64,000 nt of DNA from Candidatus Poribacteria bacterium (GTDB lineage: Bacteria > Poribacteria > WGA-4E > WGA-3G): contig OZ243938.1 of NCBI GenBank assembly GCA_965214095.1, positions 3,872,001-3,936,000 of the forward strand, written 5' to 3'. Shown piece after piece: positions 8,285 through 18,190 of this stretch (position 1 is the first letter of the stretch; each line of letters starts with the position of its first letter). The notes under the pieces are model-generated. The model had not been told where the DNA came from and did not search any database. It was given only the letters and a program-made list of their open reading frames with translations. The position numbers and the translations under genes were made by a program.

Positions 8285-10180
8285 TCACGACTTCATCCGT
8301 GTCTGCATAATATACACAACACCAAGGAGGACAATACCAATAACAAACGTCCAGATAGAATTCATATAAGCGAGCAATGCCGCAACACCAAGCAAAACAG
8401 ACTCATACCAAGTCGTTTTACGCATGAAGTAACCCATCGCAACAGTCGCGAAAATGATAGTACCAGCAAGAGCAGTCACTACAGAAGTCACATATTGAAT
8501 CGGTGTCCCGCCAATAAATAGAATATGCGTATAAGCAAAAAGCAGTGGCATGATATATAGCAGCTTAGCAAACTTAATACATGCCCAACCAGTTTTCCAC
8601 GGGTCAGCACGCGCAATTGCAGCCCCCGCATAAGCACCTAACGCAACAGGAGGCGTAATGTTAGAGTCTTGACTCAACCAAAAAATAATCAAGTGAGAGG
8701 CAATAACGGATATTCCCATCTCAGGACTCGTTAGTATCGGTACAGCAAGTTGAGAGGTAATCAGATACGCAGCAGTAACGGGTATACCCATACCAAGCAC
8801 TAATGAAGCAGCAGCAAGCAGTAACACCGCAATCGCTCGGTTACTACCCGCAACAGACAAAACTAAATCAGGAAACTTTGAACCCAAGTCTGTTAGATTT
8901 ATAACACCGATGATAATACCGATGGTACCGACCGCACCACCGATAGCAAGTGAGTTCTTGGCACCCGCAACCATTGCTTCCCAAATCCGTTTGGGAGTCA
9001 AACGCGTTTCAGGACGGAAATAACTCACAACAATCGTAACAAGTATGGAGTAGAATGCAGCTTTATATGCTGAATACCCAGTCATGAGTGCACCAATGAG
9101 TGAAACCAACGGTAATAGGTAATACCACCCCGTTTTTAGAAGCACAGATAACTTGGGTATTTCTGATTGTGGTAACGGTTCAATGCCCTGTTTTTTCGCT
9201 TCAAAATGCACCATCAACCATACGGACATAAAATATAGGATTGCAGGCACAATTGATATAAGAGCGATTGTGCTATACGGTGCACCGGTCCGTTCTGCAA
9301 TCAGAAATGCACCTGCACCCATCACCGGCGGCAAGAATTGTCCGCCGACAGACGCGGATGCTTCTACTGCTCCCGCAATGTGCGGACGAAAACCTGTGCG
9401 TTTCATCAGTGGAATCGTAAATGCACCAGTGGTAACAGTATTGGCAATTGCACTACCCGCAACAGAACCGAAAAAACCAGAGGTAACAACGGACACTTTG
9501 GCTGCGCCACCGATTGACCTGCCTGTAAGTGACATCGGCAAATCAATGAAGAACTGACCAACACCAGATTTTTCCAAAAACGCACCGAAGAAAATAAAAA
9601 GGATAACATAAGTCGCCATCACATTTGCCATAATACCGAATATACCGTCTTGATTGAAAAAACAGTGTTCAATAATACGACGTAATGAGAAACCCGGATT
9701 CTGAATAACTTCTGGCATACTACGACCAAAGAGGGCGTAAAGGATTCCCACTGCAGCAATGATTGACAAACCCCAACCGACCGTCCGACGACTCATCTCA
9801 AAACTTACGATGAGTCCAAGAGCACCCATCACAATATCCAACTGCGTATAAGCACCAGCACGGTCGACAATATTGGGATAATCAATTATCCAATAACCAA
9901 TGGAGCATACACTGAAAACTACCAATAATATATCAATTATAGAGGGACGAGAGGAAGGCGAACGATGACGAAATTTATAGAGGATACCGATTAAGACAAA
10001 AGTAAAAAGTAGATATAAACCGAGATGATACTGTTCGGAAGCCGTGCCAAAACCTGCACTATAAATATAGAAACCGACAAAAAGGACGGCACAAATCTCA
10101 AAAATCCATTTGGAAATGCCCTGTATTTCGGGACGTTGTTTTGTAAATGCTGTTACTTCTTGTGTTTCTATCTGTTCCAT
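8285..10180 (-). CDS. TRAP transporter fused 4TM/12TM permease
   Basis: FFGAFLEKSG, GSAIANTVTTGAFTIPLMKR, GGQFLPPVMGAGAF, ITPPVAL. Confidence 0.93.
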   Translation of the reverse strand: MEQIETQEVTAFTKQRPEIQGISKWIFEICAVLFVGFYIYSAGFGTASEQYHLGLYLLFTFVLIGILYKFRHRSPSSRPSIIDILLVVFSVCSIGYWIIDYPNIVDRAGAYTQLDIVMGALGLIVSFEMSRRTVGWGLSIIAAVGILYALFGRSMPEVIQNPGFSLRRIIEHCFFNQDGIFGIMANVMATYVILFIFFGAFLEKSGVGQFFIDLPMSLTGRSIGGAAKVSVVTSGFFGSVAGSAIANTVTTGAFTIPLMKRTGFRPHIAGAVEASASVGGQFLPPVMGAGAFLIAERTGAPYSTIALISIVPAILYFMSVWLMVHFEAKKQGIEPLPQSEIPKLSVLLKTGWYYLLPLVSLIGALMTGYSAYKAAFYSILVTIVVSYFRPETRLTPKRIWEAMVAGAKNSLAIGGAVGTIGIIIGVINLTDLGSKFPDLVLSVAGSNRAIAVLLLAAASLVLGMGIPVTAAYLITSQLAVPILTSPEMGISVIASHLIIFWLSQDSNITPPVALGAYAGAAIARADPWKTGWACIKFAKLLYIMPLLFAYTHILFIGGTPIQYVTSVVTALAGTIIFATVAMGYFMRKTTWYESVLLGVAALLAYMNSIWTFVIGIVLLGVVYIMQTRMKS

Positions 10181-10186
10181 AAAGTG

Positions 10187-11584
10187 CTAAAAGTCTGTTG
10201 CAATCCCTACCATCACTGAGGTCTTATGGATAGGCTCAAATTGTACAACACCTTCATCTGTCGTTACACGACGGAAGCGATATTCATTGATTATAATCGT
10301 TTGAACAGGAGGAACAACAACATATCGGATTTCTAAGTTAAGAGCAGACCTTTCATCAAGATCAATCAAATCCTTGAAGAAACCTGTTATGCCATCTTCA
10401 CCAATATTCCGTTTAGTATAGAATGCACGAAATGAAAGACGTGGAACTAAACTAGATTCCTTTATGCCTAAATAGAGTTTTGATGTGTTATTGTTATATC
10501 TCTCAAAAGCACCCAGTAGATTGATTTGGGGTAGTGGTTGCCAAATAAGTTGTGTGTAATAACCGTGTCTCGCTTCATCGGTTTCTTCATATCCCCAAAA
10601 CTCAGGCGTTCCTATTTCATAAGTGTAATCAAAAACAGAAGGAATGTAGCCATCACTGAAAATACGGTATTCTAATTTGATAATCGCTTTGTTATGCACA
10701 AAACCGATACCGGTAGCATTTCCAATACCCAAGTCTGATACTGATGTAACCTCATCTGTTGTGGAATCATCCGGTTGTGTCTCAGTATCATCAACTTCTA
10801 AATCTATAACATCTGGTTTTGGAGGAGGATTAAGTGCAGCAATATCGTTATACAAATCAAGTCGAAAAGTACTACGTTCAAAAATTGGAAACCCAAAATC
10901 TACACCGACTGCATTCAAGGGTTCTTCACCTTTTTCCAGAGAGTTAGGGTCAATATCGGTAAGATAAGTAGCACCGACTTCAAATCGCGTCAAAAGGTTG
11001 TTGTTTTCTTGCCGTAGAAATGGTCGGTAAAACCCACGTCCACCGAAAATAGTGGGTGCACCGAAGTCATTCAACATTGTTTCAACACCATATTTCCTAT
11101 CAGATTTTCTGATGTTAAAATGCAAACCACGCCGATCATGATTAGAATAACCTGACATGATTGAACCGTGTCCTATCGTGAGATAGTCGAATTCACCCAG
11201 TCGGAAGTATAAAGGATCGTAAGGTTGTCCATAACGGAAATAGCGGATCAATCTTAACCAAGTGCTGAAGCTGTCCCATGTCTCACCATCCTCTGCCAGG
11301 AAGCGATCTTCTCCAACTTCTGCATAAGGATTGTAGAGCAACACAAAATCAAAACCCAGACCGAAATTGCCGATCGGGAATTCCGGTTGAAGTTGAAGTC
11401 GAACAAAAACATCACCGTTTATGAAAGTTAAGCCACCACCATAAAACCCACTTGTGAGGAAGTTCTTTTCAACCATCGGTGTTGACATATCTTGGGCAAA
11501 AATTGGCGGGCAAAAGAGAAACAGAAATGTGATAGCAATAAAAATACTTCGTCTTAACATACTAACCAACGTAATAGTTCTCAT
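10187..11584 (-). CDS. Exported hypothetical protein, possible outer-membrane beta-barrel
   Basis: Signal peptide, alternating beta-strand pattern, C-terminal Phe. Confidence 0.55.
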   Translation of the reverse strand: MRTITLVSMLRRSIFIAITFLFLFCPPIFAQDMSTPMVEKNFLTSGFYGGGLTFINGDVFVRLQLQPEFPIGNFGLGFDFVLLYNPYAEVGEDRFLAEDGETWDSFSTWLRLIRYFRYGQPYDPLYFRLGEFDYLTIGHGSIMSGYSNHDRRGLHFNIRKSDRKYGVETMLNDFGAPTIFGGRGFYRPFLRQENNNLLTRFEVGATYLTDIDPNSLEKGEEPLNAVGVDFGFPIFERSTFRLDLYNDIAALNPPPKPDVIDLEVDDTETQPDDSTTDEVTSVSDLGIGNATGIGFVHNKAIIKLEYRIFSDGYIPSVFDYTYEIGTPEFWGYEETDEARHGYYTQLIWQPLPQINLLGAFERYNNNTSKLYLGIKESSLVPRLSFRAFYTKRNIGEDGITGFFKDLIDLDERSALNLEIRYVVVPPVQTIIINEYRFRRVTTDEGVVQFEPIHKTSVMVGIATDF

Positions 11585-12255
11585 GCATCAATTATCCTCC
11601 CATCCTTCATCTGAATAATGCGATCTGCATTCTCTTTGAGTCCTTCATGATGAGTTACAATCGCAATGGTAGTTTGATGTTCATGTCGTAATTCTTGTAT
11701 GAGATTCATCAAATTATCACTTTGTCGGCTGTCTAAGTTTGCGGTCGGTTCATCAGCAAAGATGATTTTGGGTCGGTTGGCGAGGGCTCTGGCAAAAGAG
11801 ACGCGTTGTTTTTCACCGCCAGAAAGTTGTCCAGGACGATGATGTAGTCGATCACTCAATCCTACGCGAGACAGTAGTTCAATCGCGCGATTCTCTGATT
11901 CAAATGCTTTTGTCTTAGCAATGTCCATCGCAACCATCACATTTTCCATCGCTGTGAGATACGGCAACAGATGAAACATTTGAAACACAAAACCGATCTT
12001 TTCTCTACGAATCATGCTAAGATCATGATTTACAGTATCAACTTGTTCCCCATCAATTCGGATTTCTCCATCATCAGGTGTCAATATGCAACCGAGTAGA
12101 CTGATAAGTGTTGTCTTTCCACAACCACTATCTCCCATAATCATCACCAATTCACGTTCTTCTATATGGATATCAACAGAATCGATGGCGACAACAGCAG
12201 CATCACCGAAACCAAAACGTTTTGTCAGACCGATACCTTCTATGATTGCTGACAT
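11581..12255 (-). CDS. ABC transporter ATP-binding protein (LolD/MacB type)
   Basis: GDSGCGKTT, LSGGEKQR, IFADEPT, VTH. Confidence 0.93.
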   Translation of the reverse strand: MSAIIEGIGLTKRFGFGDAAVVAIDSVDIHIEERELVMIMGDSGCGKTTLISLLGCILTPDDGEIRIDGEQVDTVNHDLSMIRREKIGFVFQMFHLLPYLTAMENVMVAMDIAKTKAFESENRAIELLSRVGLSDRLHHRPGQLSGGEKQRVSFARALANRPKIIFADEPTANLDSRQSDNLMNLIQELRHEHQTTIAIVTHHEGLKENADRIIQMKDGRIIDA

Positions 12256-12280
12256 AATTCACAACCTTATGGGATTTTCC

Positions 12281-13558
12281 TTAATTTGTTGATATTGTAG
12301 CCACTGCTGGTGCAATATCTGTAGACCGCATCTGTGTAGTATCAATTTCACCCCGAAACGCAACCATCGGATCAACTCTGATGGCTTTACGCGCCGCTAA
12401 ATAACCGCTACCACAACAGACAACAAAACTAATCAATACCACGATGATGGATTCTACAAAATGTATCTTTACAAAGATAGGTGCTGCAGCAGCAAAGATG
12501 TAAGAGAGACAGTATCCGATGAAAACACCAATGAGAGAAATTAATGCAACCTGTTTGAGTAAGAGCAGTATGACATAGTTATTTGATGCACCAATGGCTT
12601 TCAGAACGCCAATTTCTTGCGTCTTTTCCAACATCGTCACATAGGTAATCATTCCAACAATCAATCCTGCTGCTAACCATAGCATAACCCGTAAGAACTG
12701 CACTGCCTTCATCGGTTCGTCAACCCAATACTCCATAATATCCGAGAGCGTTTGGTTTAAACTACGTGCTTCAATCGTATCCCAAGCGTCTAAATTGGCT
12801 GCAACTTCTTCTGCAGTTTGAAGATTGTTTATGTTCAATGTTGTTTGATCAGGTGTTTGGAGTGTACCGATATTAGCACCAATTTGTTCCTGCAGTTGTT
12901 TATGTAGTGTTTTAGCAACCATCATATTAATATGCGGTGTGTTTTCAAGAATAACGCGTTGTGCAACACGAACATCCATAAATAATAATGGAGTATCCAA
13001 TACAAACATCAGGCTTTTTGCTTTTCCTACGACTCGAACTTGGTCTTTACTTATAGTGATAACTTCACCTATTTCAAGTCCCATTTTTTCATCAACAACC
13101 ACTTCATAAGACACATTGTCTTCAGGACGATAGTCATCATAAGTGCGGGGTGTAAACATTCTGCCCTCTACGACCTGTTTGGGACCCCCGAGTTCTCCTA
13201 ATGTATATCCTACAACCATTGCCTTTGTAGGTTTCCCATTAACGTTTGGTCGTGCTTGTGCAAAAATCAACGGAGAGGCTGAGTCTGGTACTAACCCTTC
13301 CGCTGATTTCAAACCCGCCATGTATTCCTCTGCCAACAGTGAGAAACCGATAAACGCACCGCCTGAACCTTCTCCAGAAATCCAGATATCAGCACCAGTA
13401 GATTTAACATACTGTTGTGCTTGGATACGCATGCCGTTCATTATCCCACCAAGCAGCAAAATAAGCGAAATCAGTACAATAATGCCGAGTGCTGTTAACA
13501 CAACTCTCGCTTGACGAAAACGCATGTCTTTTAAATATAGGTATTTCATAACTGCCAA
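12281..13558 (-). CDS. ABC transporter permease (FtsX/MacB family)
   Basis: One TM, periplasmic domain, then three TMs; EIGVLKAIGA, AARKAIRVDP. Confidence 0.9.
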   Translation of the reverse strand: MAVMKYLYLKDMRFRQARVVLTALGIIVLISLILLLGGIMNGMRIQAQQYVKSTGADIWISGEGSGGAFIGFSLLAEEYMAGLKSAEGLVPDSASPLIFAQARPNVNGKPTKAMVVGYTLGELGGPKQVVEGRMFTPRTYDDYRPEDNVSYEVVVDEKMGLEIGEVITISKDQVRVVGKAKSLMFVLDTPLLFMDVRVAQRVILENTPHINMMVAKTLHKQLQEQIGANIGTLQTPDQTTLNINNLQTAEEVAANLDAWDTIEARSLNQTLSDIMEYWVDEPMKAVQFLRVMLWLAAGLIVGMITYVTMLEKTQEIGVLKAIGASNNYVILLLLKQVALISLIGVFIGYCLSYIFAAAAPIFVKIHFVESIIVVLISFVVCCGSGYLAARKAIRVDPMVAFRGEIDTTQMRSTDIAPAVATISTN

Positions 13559-13590
13559 AAAAGTTTATATTGATTATTGTTGTATACTAA

Positions 13591-13729
13591 TTATAGTAAA
13601 ATGTAAGAATATGTGCACACTTCCGGTAGATGCGGTTTCCTAACCGCATCTATGAGACTGAACAAACACCGGTTCGGTTAGGAAACCGAACCTACCGTAG
13701 TGTGCCAATAATTGTGGTTTTTACTATAA
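13591..13729. mobile_element. TIR-bounded miniature element with two REP-like hairpins (copy B)
   Basis: Ends ttatagtaaaa...tttactataa; internal hairpins gatgcggtt-tcct-aaccgcatc and ggttcggtt-agga-aaccgaacc; near reverse complement of 27295..27432. Confidence 0.75.
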
Positions 13730-13748
13730 TCTACTCAAACTTTGTTTG

Positions 13749-14042
13749 TTATTCTGATTCTATTTTCTTTGAATATTCAATTGCCCAATAGATTATTTTA
13801 CGGAGCACAATCATCAACGCAAGGACTAATAGGTTTTCCCAAAATGTAGATTTAATCGTTTCTCTAAAACGTTCAAAATTTGACAGTAAAGGGTCCGTTG
13901 TATGCCATGCTTTAACATTGAAATATATTGCTAAACCAATAGGGATAAGACTAACCCAAAGTCCGAAAATAAACTCTACTGTAATCAGCATAAAATATGC
14001 TGCATCGGACATCAACTTTATCAGTCTATTAAATTTATTCAA
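13749..14042 (-). CDS. Small hypothetical membrane protein
   Basis: Two hydrophobic segments; GAGG RBS; lies just downstream of the PhyH gene on the same strand. Confidence 0.6.
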   Translation of the reverse strand: MNKFNRLIKLMSDAAYFMLITVEFIFGLWVSLIPIGLAIYFNVKAWHTTDPLLSNFERFRETIKSTFWENLLVLALMIVLRKIIYWAIEYSKKIESE

Positions 14043-14059
14043 GTGTACCTCTCAACTAA

Positions 14060-14968
14060 TCAATTAAGGTTATTTATTGATGCTATTCTTTCATGCATAG
14101 TCTGTCGTTTACGTCTGTGTAGTTGGACATGATCTAAATACATCTCATCATCTTTTTCCGATCCAGTATCCCGTTCAAGAAATAGTGGAAATTCTGATGC
14201 AGGAGGCTTAGCATTATGATAGGCGTGGCTATAACTCCGCATAATGATTCGTTGTTCACGGTTGAGCGTTTCTAACCAATCTTTTGATGAATGAAACCGA
14301 TCCGCAGGTGTAACCCAAGACGGACAATAAGCAACAAAGATGTTATATCGCACCACATCACTATCATTCGTTTCCACACGATGCCAAATACTGGAGTGCA
14401 TCACTGTCATTGTTCCCTTCCGAGGACATACAATTAACTCACCAGGTAGACTCTTATGTGTATCATATCCATTCATATATTGCTGTCGGTGGCTACCCGG
14501 CAACACAACAAGGTTTCCCATTCTTTCATGAGGTAGATCTGTCAACCAATATCCTATTTTGATTTGCAGAGGTAGATTGGGTGAAAACACACCATAAGGG
14601 AGTGCGCGTGCACCATCTGGATGCCACTGATTATACTGTTTGCCACCAGGTGGACGTAGAAAAAATTGACTCTGATGCAATTTGAGAAGCTCACCGAATA
14701 GATCATAAGCGTATCCAACGTGACGGTCATGATCAATCAACTCTGTAAAGACGGGATCACGTTCAACGATATTCTCCATTCCAAGGTAACCGCCTGCGGT
14801 ATATTTGGGATTACTTTCGGCAACACGATCTATTGCATCTTTATACACATCGATATCTTCATCTGATACTGCATTTTCAATGAAAATAATTCCGTCTTTA
14901 TTGAATGTATTCCACTGTTCCTGTGTAAATCCGGGTGGCGCAATTCGGTATTTCTTATCGGTTTCCAT
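14060..14968 (-). CDS. Phytanoyl-CoA dioxygenase (PhyH) family Fe(II)/2OG dioxygenase
   Basis: WHPDG, VLPGSH, IWH motifs (HxD...H triad). Confidence 0.88.
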   Translation of the reverse strand: METDKKYRIAPPGFTQEQWNTFNKDGIIFIENAVSDEDIDVYKDAIDRVAESNPKYTAGGYLGMENIVERDPVFTELIDHDRHVGYAYDLFGELLKLHQSQFFLRPPGGKQYNQWHPDGARALPYGVFSPNLPLQIKIGYWLTDLPHERMGNLVVLPGSHRQQYMNGYDTHKSLPGELIVCPRKGTMTVMHSSIWHRVETNDSDVVRYNIFVAYCPSWVTPADRFHSSKDWLETLNREQRIIMRSYSHAYHNAKPPASEFPLFLERDTGSEKDDEMYLDHVQLHRRKRQTMHERIASINNLN

Positions 14969-15100
14969 TGGATGACTCCCTCGGTTGAATATAGATGAGA
15001 AAAAAGAGTGTATAGGTTAGATTAAACTTGCGAAATTTAAAATCCAAATGGATGTTTGTTTAACCCAACCTACAGGTTTAGTTTTACTCACCTTTATGAT

Positions 15101-15116
15101 AGCAAATTCTGTGCCA
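15101..15116 (-). promoter_or_regulatory. sigma54 (-24/-12) promoter
   Basis: Minus strand TGGCACAGAATTTGCT fits the TGGCAC-N5-TTGC consensus, about 130 bp upstream of the PhyH ATG. Confidence 0.75.
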
Positions 15117-15166
15117 GTCTAAGACCTCAGCACTGGTGGGTTCTTTGTATAATACCATGAGCGAAC

Positions 15167-15213
15167 TGCACATAAGAGTGCAAACCCCTCGTCCAACTGC
15201 ACAGAATAGTGCA
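15167..15213. promoter_or_regulatory. Tandem enhancer-binding-protein sites (NtrC-like palindromes)
   Basis: TGCAC-ATAAGA-GTGCA (15167-15182) and TGCAC-AGAATA-GTGCA (15198-15213), 31 bp apart. Confidence 0.65.
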
Positions 15214-15230
15214 TTTCTACTTGAGGTCAA

Positions 15231-15327
15231 TTATGGTAAATTATTGAATTAATTTTACACATTGATGAGGCGAGGTTAGGAAACCGAACCTACCGTAGTG
15301 TATAAATAATTATGGTTTTTACTATAA
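15231..15327. mobile_element. TIR-bounded miniature element (copy C, A/B chimera)
   Basis: Left half matches copy A and right half matches copies B/D, joined at ggttaggaaacc. Confidence 0.7.
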
Positions 15328-15333
15328 TACCCA

Positions 15334-16518
15334 CTAAACCCCGACTGCTGTTTCGCACATGTCGTTCTGAAGTAGCCAAACCGAAACTGCGTGAACGATG
15401 ATTTGATTTGCCCGTTCAACAATCGGATTTAAGGATGGGATATGTGTAAACATGGTTTGTGCTTTATCTTTAAGATTCTCTGTTTTCGGTAACTCAAGGA
15501 TCTTCATCTCTTTGAGAAATGCTTCGACCTCTGCTTGACCGATACGAGCGCGTCTGCGGAGTTCTTCTAATTTTGGCGTATGTGCCCATACTTGTAATAC
15601 AGTTTTGCTAATCTGTTCAACCGAAAAACTCGCGGCAAGTTGTTGGGCAGCATTTTCAATAGCAACGAGAGACAGTTTACTTTTGCCTGCAACGACATGC
15701 GGAGGCGGTAAGCGAAGGTCCCAAACAATTCTAAAAACAGACAATAATTTCAAAATATAGTAAGTGATGTCAATTTGCCACCAACGAAAACCTTGTGGGG
15801 CAGCACTCGGAAAATGGTGGTGGTTATTATGCCATCCTTCTCCCAATGTAATGATGGCAAGAAAAATGTTGTTGCGAGAATTGTCTCCAGTGTCATAACG
15901 TTGCTTCCCATAGATGTGGGAAAGAGAATTGATAACAAAAGTTCCGTGATATAGAAGTACAGTACTTATTACAAAACCCACGACAAGTCCAGACCAGCCT
16001 GCAATTGCCCAAACGAAAACACCTAATAGTATCGCAGGTAATGTATGGAATTTCCCAAGCCAAACAAGTTCAGGATATTTTCGGAAGTCCTTTATCAGAC
16101 TGTAATTTACACTTAGCCCGCGTTTGCACAAAATCCAACCTACATGGGAGTACCAAAATCCATGTTTAACTGGTGAATGTACATCTTGTTCTGTATCAGA
16201 ATATTTATGATGTTCTCGATGTTTCGCTGCCCACCATAAGGTAGCCCGTTGTGCCGAACTCTGTCCGAGAAATGCCAAAAAGAATTGAAAGGCACGGCTT
16301 GTTTTGAATGCTCGATGTGAAAAGTAACGATGAAATCCTGCTGTGATACCAAACATACGGATAACGTAAAGAACGCCGCATATAATCCAATCGGTGGGTT
16401 GAACATCTACCCAAAAGACAGCAAAACATGCGAGGTGAATCAATATGAAAGGTATAGGTTGAGGATGAACAATGTCCACCGCATCGGCGGAACGCGAGTT
16501 GCTTGGTTCTTTAGACAC
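15334..16518 (-). CDS. Acyl-CoA/fatty acid (delta-9-type) desaturase
   Basis: His boxes HRYFSH, HREHH, HNNHH; GEGWHNNHH; extra helical C-terminal tail. Confidence 0.92.
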   Translation of the reverse strand: MSKEPSNSRSADAVDIVHPQPIPFILIHLACFAVFWVDVQPTDWIICGVLYVIRMFGITAGFHRYFSHRAFKTSRAFQFFLAFLGQSSAQRATLWWAAKHREHHKYSDTEQDVHSPVKHGFWYSHVGWILCKRGLSVNYSLIKDFRKYPELVWLGKFHTLPAILLGVFVWAIAGWSGLVVGFVISTVLLYHGTFVINSLSHIYGKQRYDTGDNSRNNIFLAIITLGEGWHNNHHHFPSAAPQGFRWWQIDITYYILKLLSVFRIVWDLRLPPPHVVAGKSKLSLVAIENAAQQLAASFSVEQISKTVLQVWAHTPKLEELRRRARIGQAEVEAFLKEMKILELPKTENLKDKAQTMFTHIPSLNPIVERANQIIVHAVSVWLLQNDMCETAVGV

Positions 16519-16709
16519 TAATTTTGTGTTCCTTCAGCATTTAGCTTTCAAGCATAACAACAATGTTATGCCATGTTAAAAAATGTGTGCGTGCCGCATC
16601 ACAAGTTCTTAGGACGCGTGACGCTTTGGTGTGTAAATTGTTAGATTCTGCCATATTCTCACTTGCAACCGAACTGATTTAGGATCGCACACATTATCAA
16701 AATTCATAC

Positions 16710-18149
16710 TTAAATCAAACTCGGATGTATCTCAACAGGGTAGGGTTTAGCATCCGACAAAATCTGATGCGTATTTCGTAATTTTGTAAGTTCTGTCTTT
16801 GTCCGTGCCTGAATGTCTATTAACTTTGGAAAATTATACAACAATTTTCCGTCTATTACAATAGGAATTAAGAGCGGCTCGCCATCAGGGATCGATTCAT
16901 CCCAAAGTGTAACACAATCCTTACAATAAAATCCATCTGTATTAGTATAACGATATATCTGTTTTCTACCGGGAATAGTAGCCTTGGCAGGTTCATCAAT
17001 CGTCTGTTTACCAACAGGAATACCATCTCGTTCTACAGACTTATAGACACCACCGAGGGCAGAGGGTCCACCTTCTCCCGTAAGTGAATTAAAGTTTGCA
17101 CCTGTCGCTAAACGGGTACCAACGCCGAAACTGTCTATCGGTGCGTTATTTTCAAGAAGTTTGTCTATCCCAAATTCATCAAGTTCATGACTTGCGATAA
17201 TCTGAACATACTCAAGTGCTGCATCATCAAGGATACTACGCACCTGTTTACTAAGCGACACAAGGTCACCACTATCCAAACGGACTGCTTTCAACTGCAA
17301 TCCACGACCTTCCATCTCTTTTGCTACGATACACGCATTCCTTGCTCCCTGAATCGTATCGTAAGTATCTATAAGAAGCGTTGAATTGTGTGGAAAAGCA
17401 TTGGTATAATCTCGGAATGCATCTATCTCTGAAGAGCGATCCATAATGAATTTATGACCCATCGTGCCGACATACGGAATATCAAAATATCGTCCAGCGA
17501 TGACAAGTGATGTCCCGCTTGCCCCTCCGATAAATGATGCACGTGCTGCAAGGATACCCGCATCTCTACCGTGAGCACGTCTCGCACCAAAATCAAAGAC
17601 TGGTTTTCCTCTCGCCGCGCGAACTATACGTGATGCTTTCGTAGCAATCAATGTCTGAAAGTTCATCACACTCAACAGATAAGTCTCAAAGAGTTGAACA
17701 TCGCGAGATCTACCAGTAACATTGATAATCGGTTCGTTAGGAAACACAATTGTGCCTTCAGGAACAGCATAAACAGAACCATCAAATCGGAAGTCTCTCA
17801 ATGATTCAACATAATCTACGCTCAATTCACTCTGTTGTAATAACCATTTGAGAGTGTCCTCAGTGAAACTAAGATTTTGTATGTAGTGGATTACTTGTTC
17901 AAGTCCTGCTGTGACAAGATATTTTCCCTGTGGAATTCTGCGGACATAGTAGTTTGCAGTAATAGTAGAATCGTTTCTATTCTTGAAATCTGCATTCCCC
18001 ATTGTGAGTTGATAGTAGTCTACAAAGAGCGACATATCTGATTCTGTCAATAGGGCAGATTTTGGAGAAGAATCAGGTTTCTGTTCTGAAACATCAGGAA
18101 TGGTGTTCATAGCAGTTGCTTTCGTATTGGACATACAAAACCATCTCAC
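16710..18149 (-). CDS. pncB: Nicotinate phosphoribosyltransferase
   Basis: DYYQLTM, DFGARRAHG, GTMGH, LIDTYD, VRLDSGD, FGVGT. The start may be the ATG at 18134. Confidence 0.92.
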   Translation of the reverse strand: MRWFCMSNTKATAMNTIPDVSEQKPDSSPKSALLTESDMSLFVDYYQLTMGNADFKNRNDSTITANYYVRRIPQGKYLVTAGLEQVIHYIQNLSFTEDTLKWLLQQSELSVDYVESLRDFRFDGSVYAVPEGTIVFPNEPIINVTGRSRDVQLFETYLLSVMNFQTLIATKASRIVRAARGKPVFDFGARRAHGRDAGILAARASFIGGASGTSLVIAGRYFDIPYVGTMGHKFIMDRSSEIDAFRDYTNAFPHNSTLLIDTYDTIQGARNACIVAKEMEGRGLQLKAVRLDSGDLVSLSKQVRSILDDAALEYVQIIASHELDEFGIDKLLENNAPIDSFGVGTRLATGANFNSLTGEGGPSALGGVYKSVERDGIPVGKQTIDEPAKATIPGRKQIYRYTNTDGFYCKDCVTLWDESIPDGEPLLIPIVIDGKLLYNFPKLIDIQARTKTELTKLRNTHQILSDAKPYPVEIHPSLI

Positions 18150-18190
18150 AAAAGTCGTCAGTACACTACAACCGTTTTATAGTTGTCTAT

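Noticed and set aside
16552-16573. Second sigma54-like site upstream of the desaturase (TGGCAT...)
   Set aside because: No GC at the -12 position. It is only an imperfect palindrome (gcataaca...tgttatgc) of unknown meaning.
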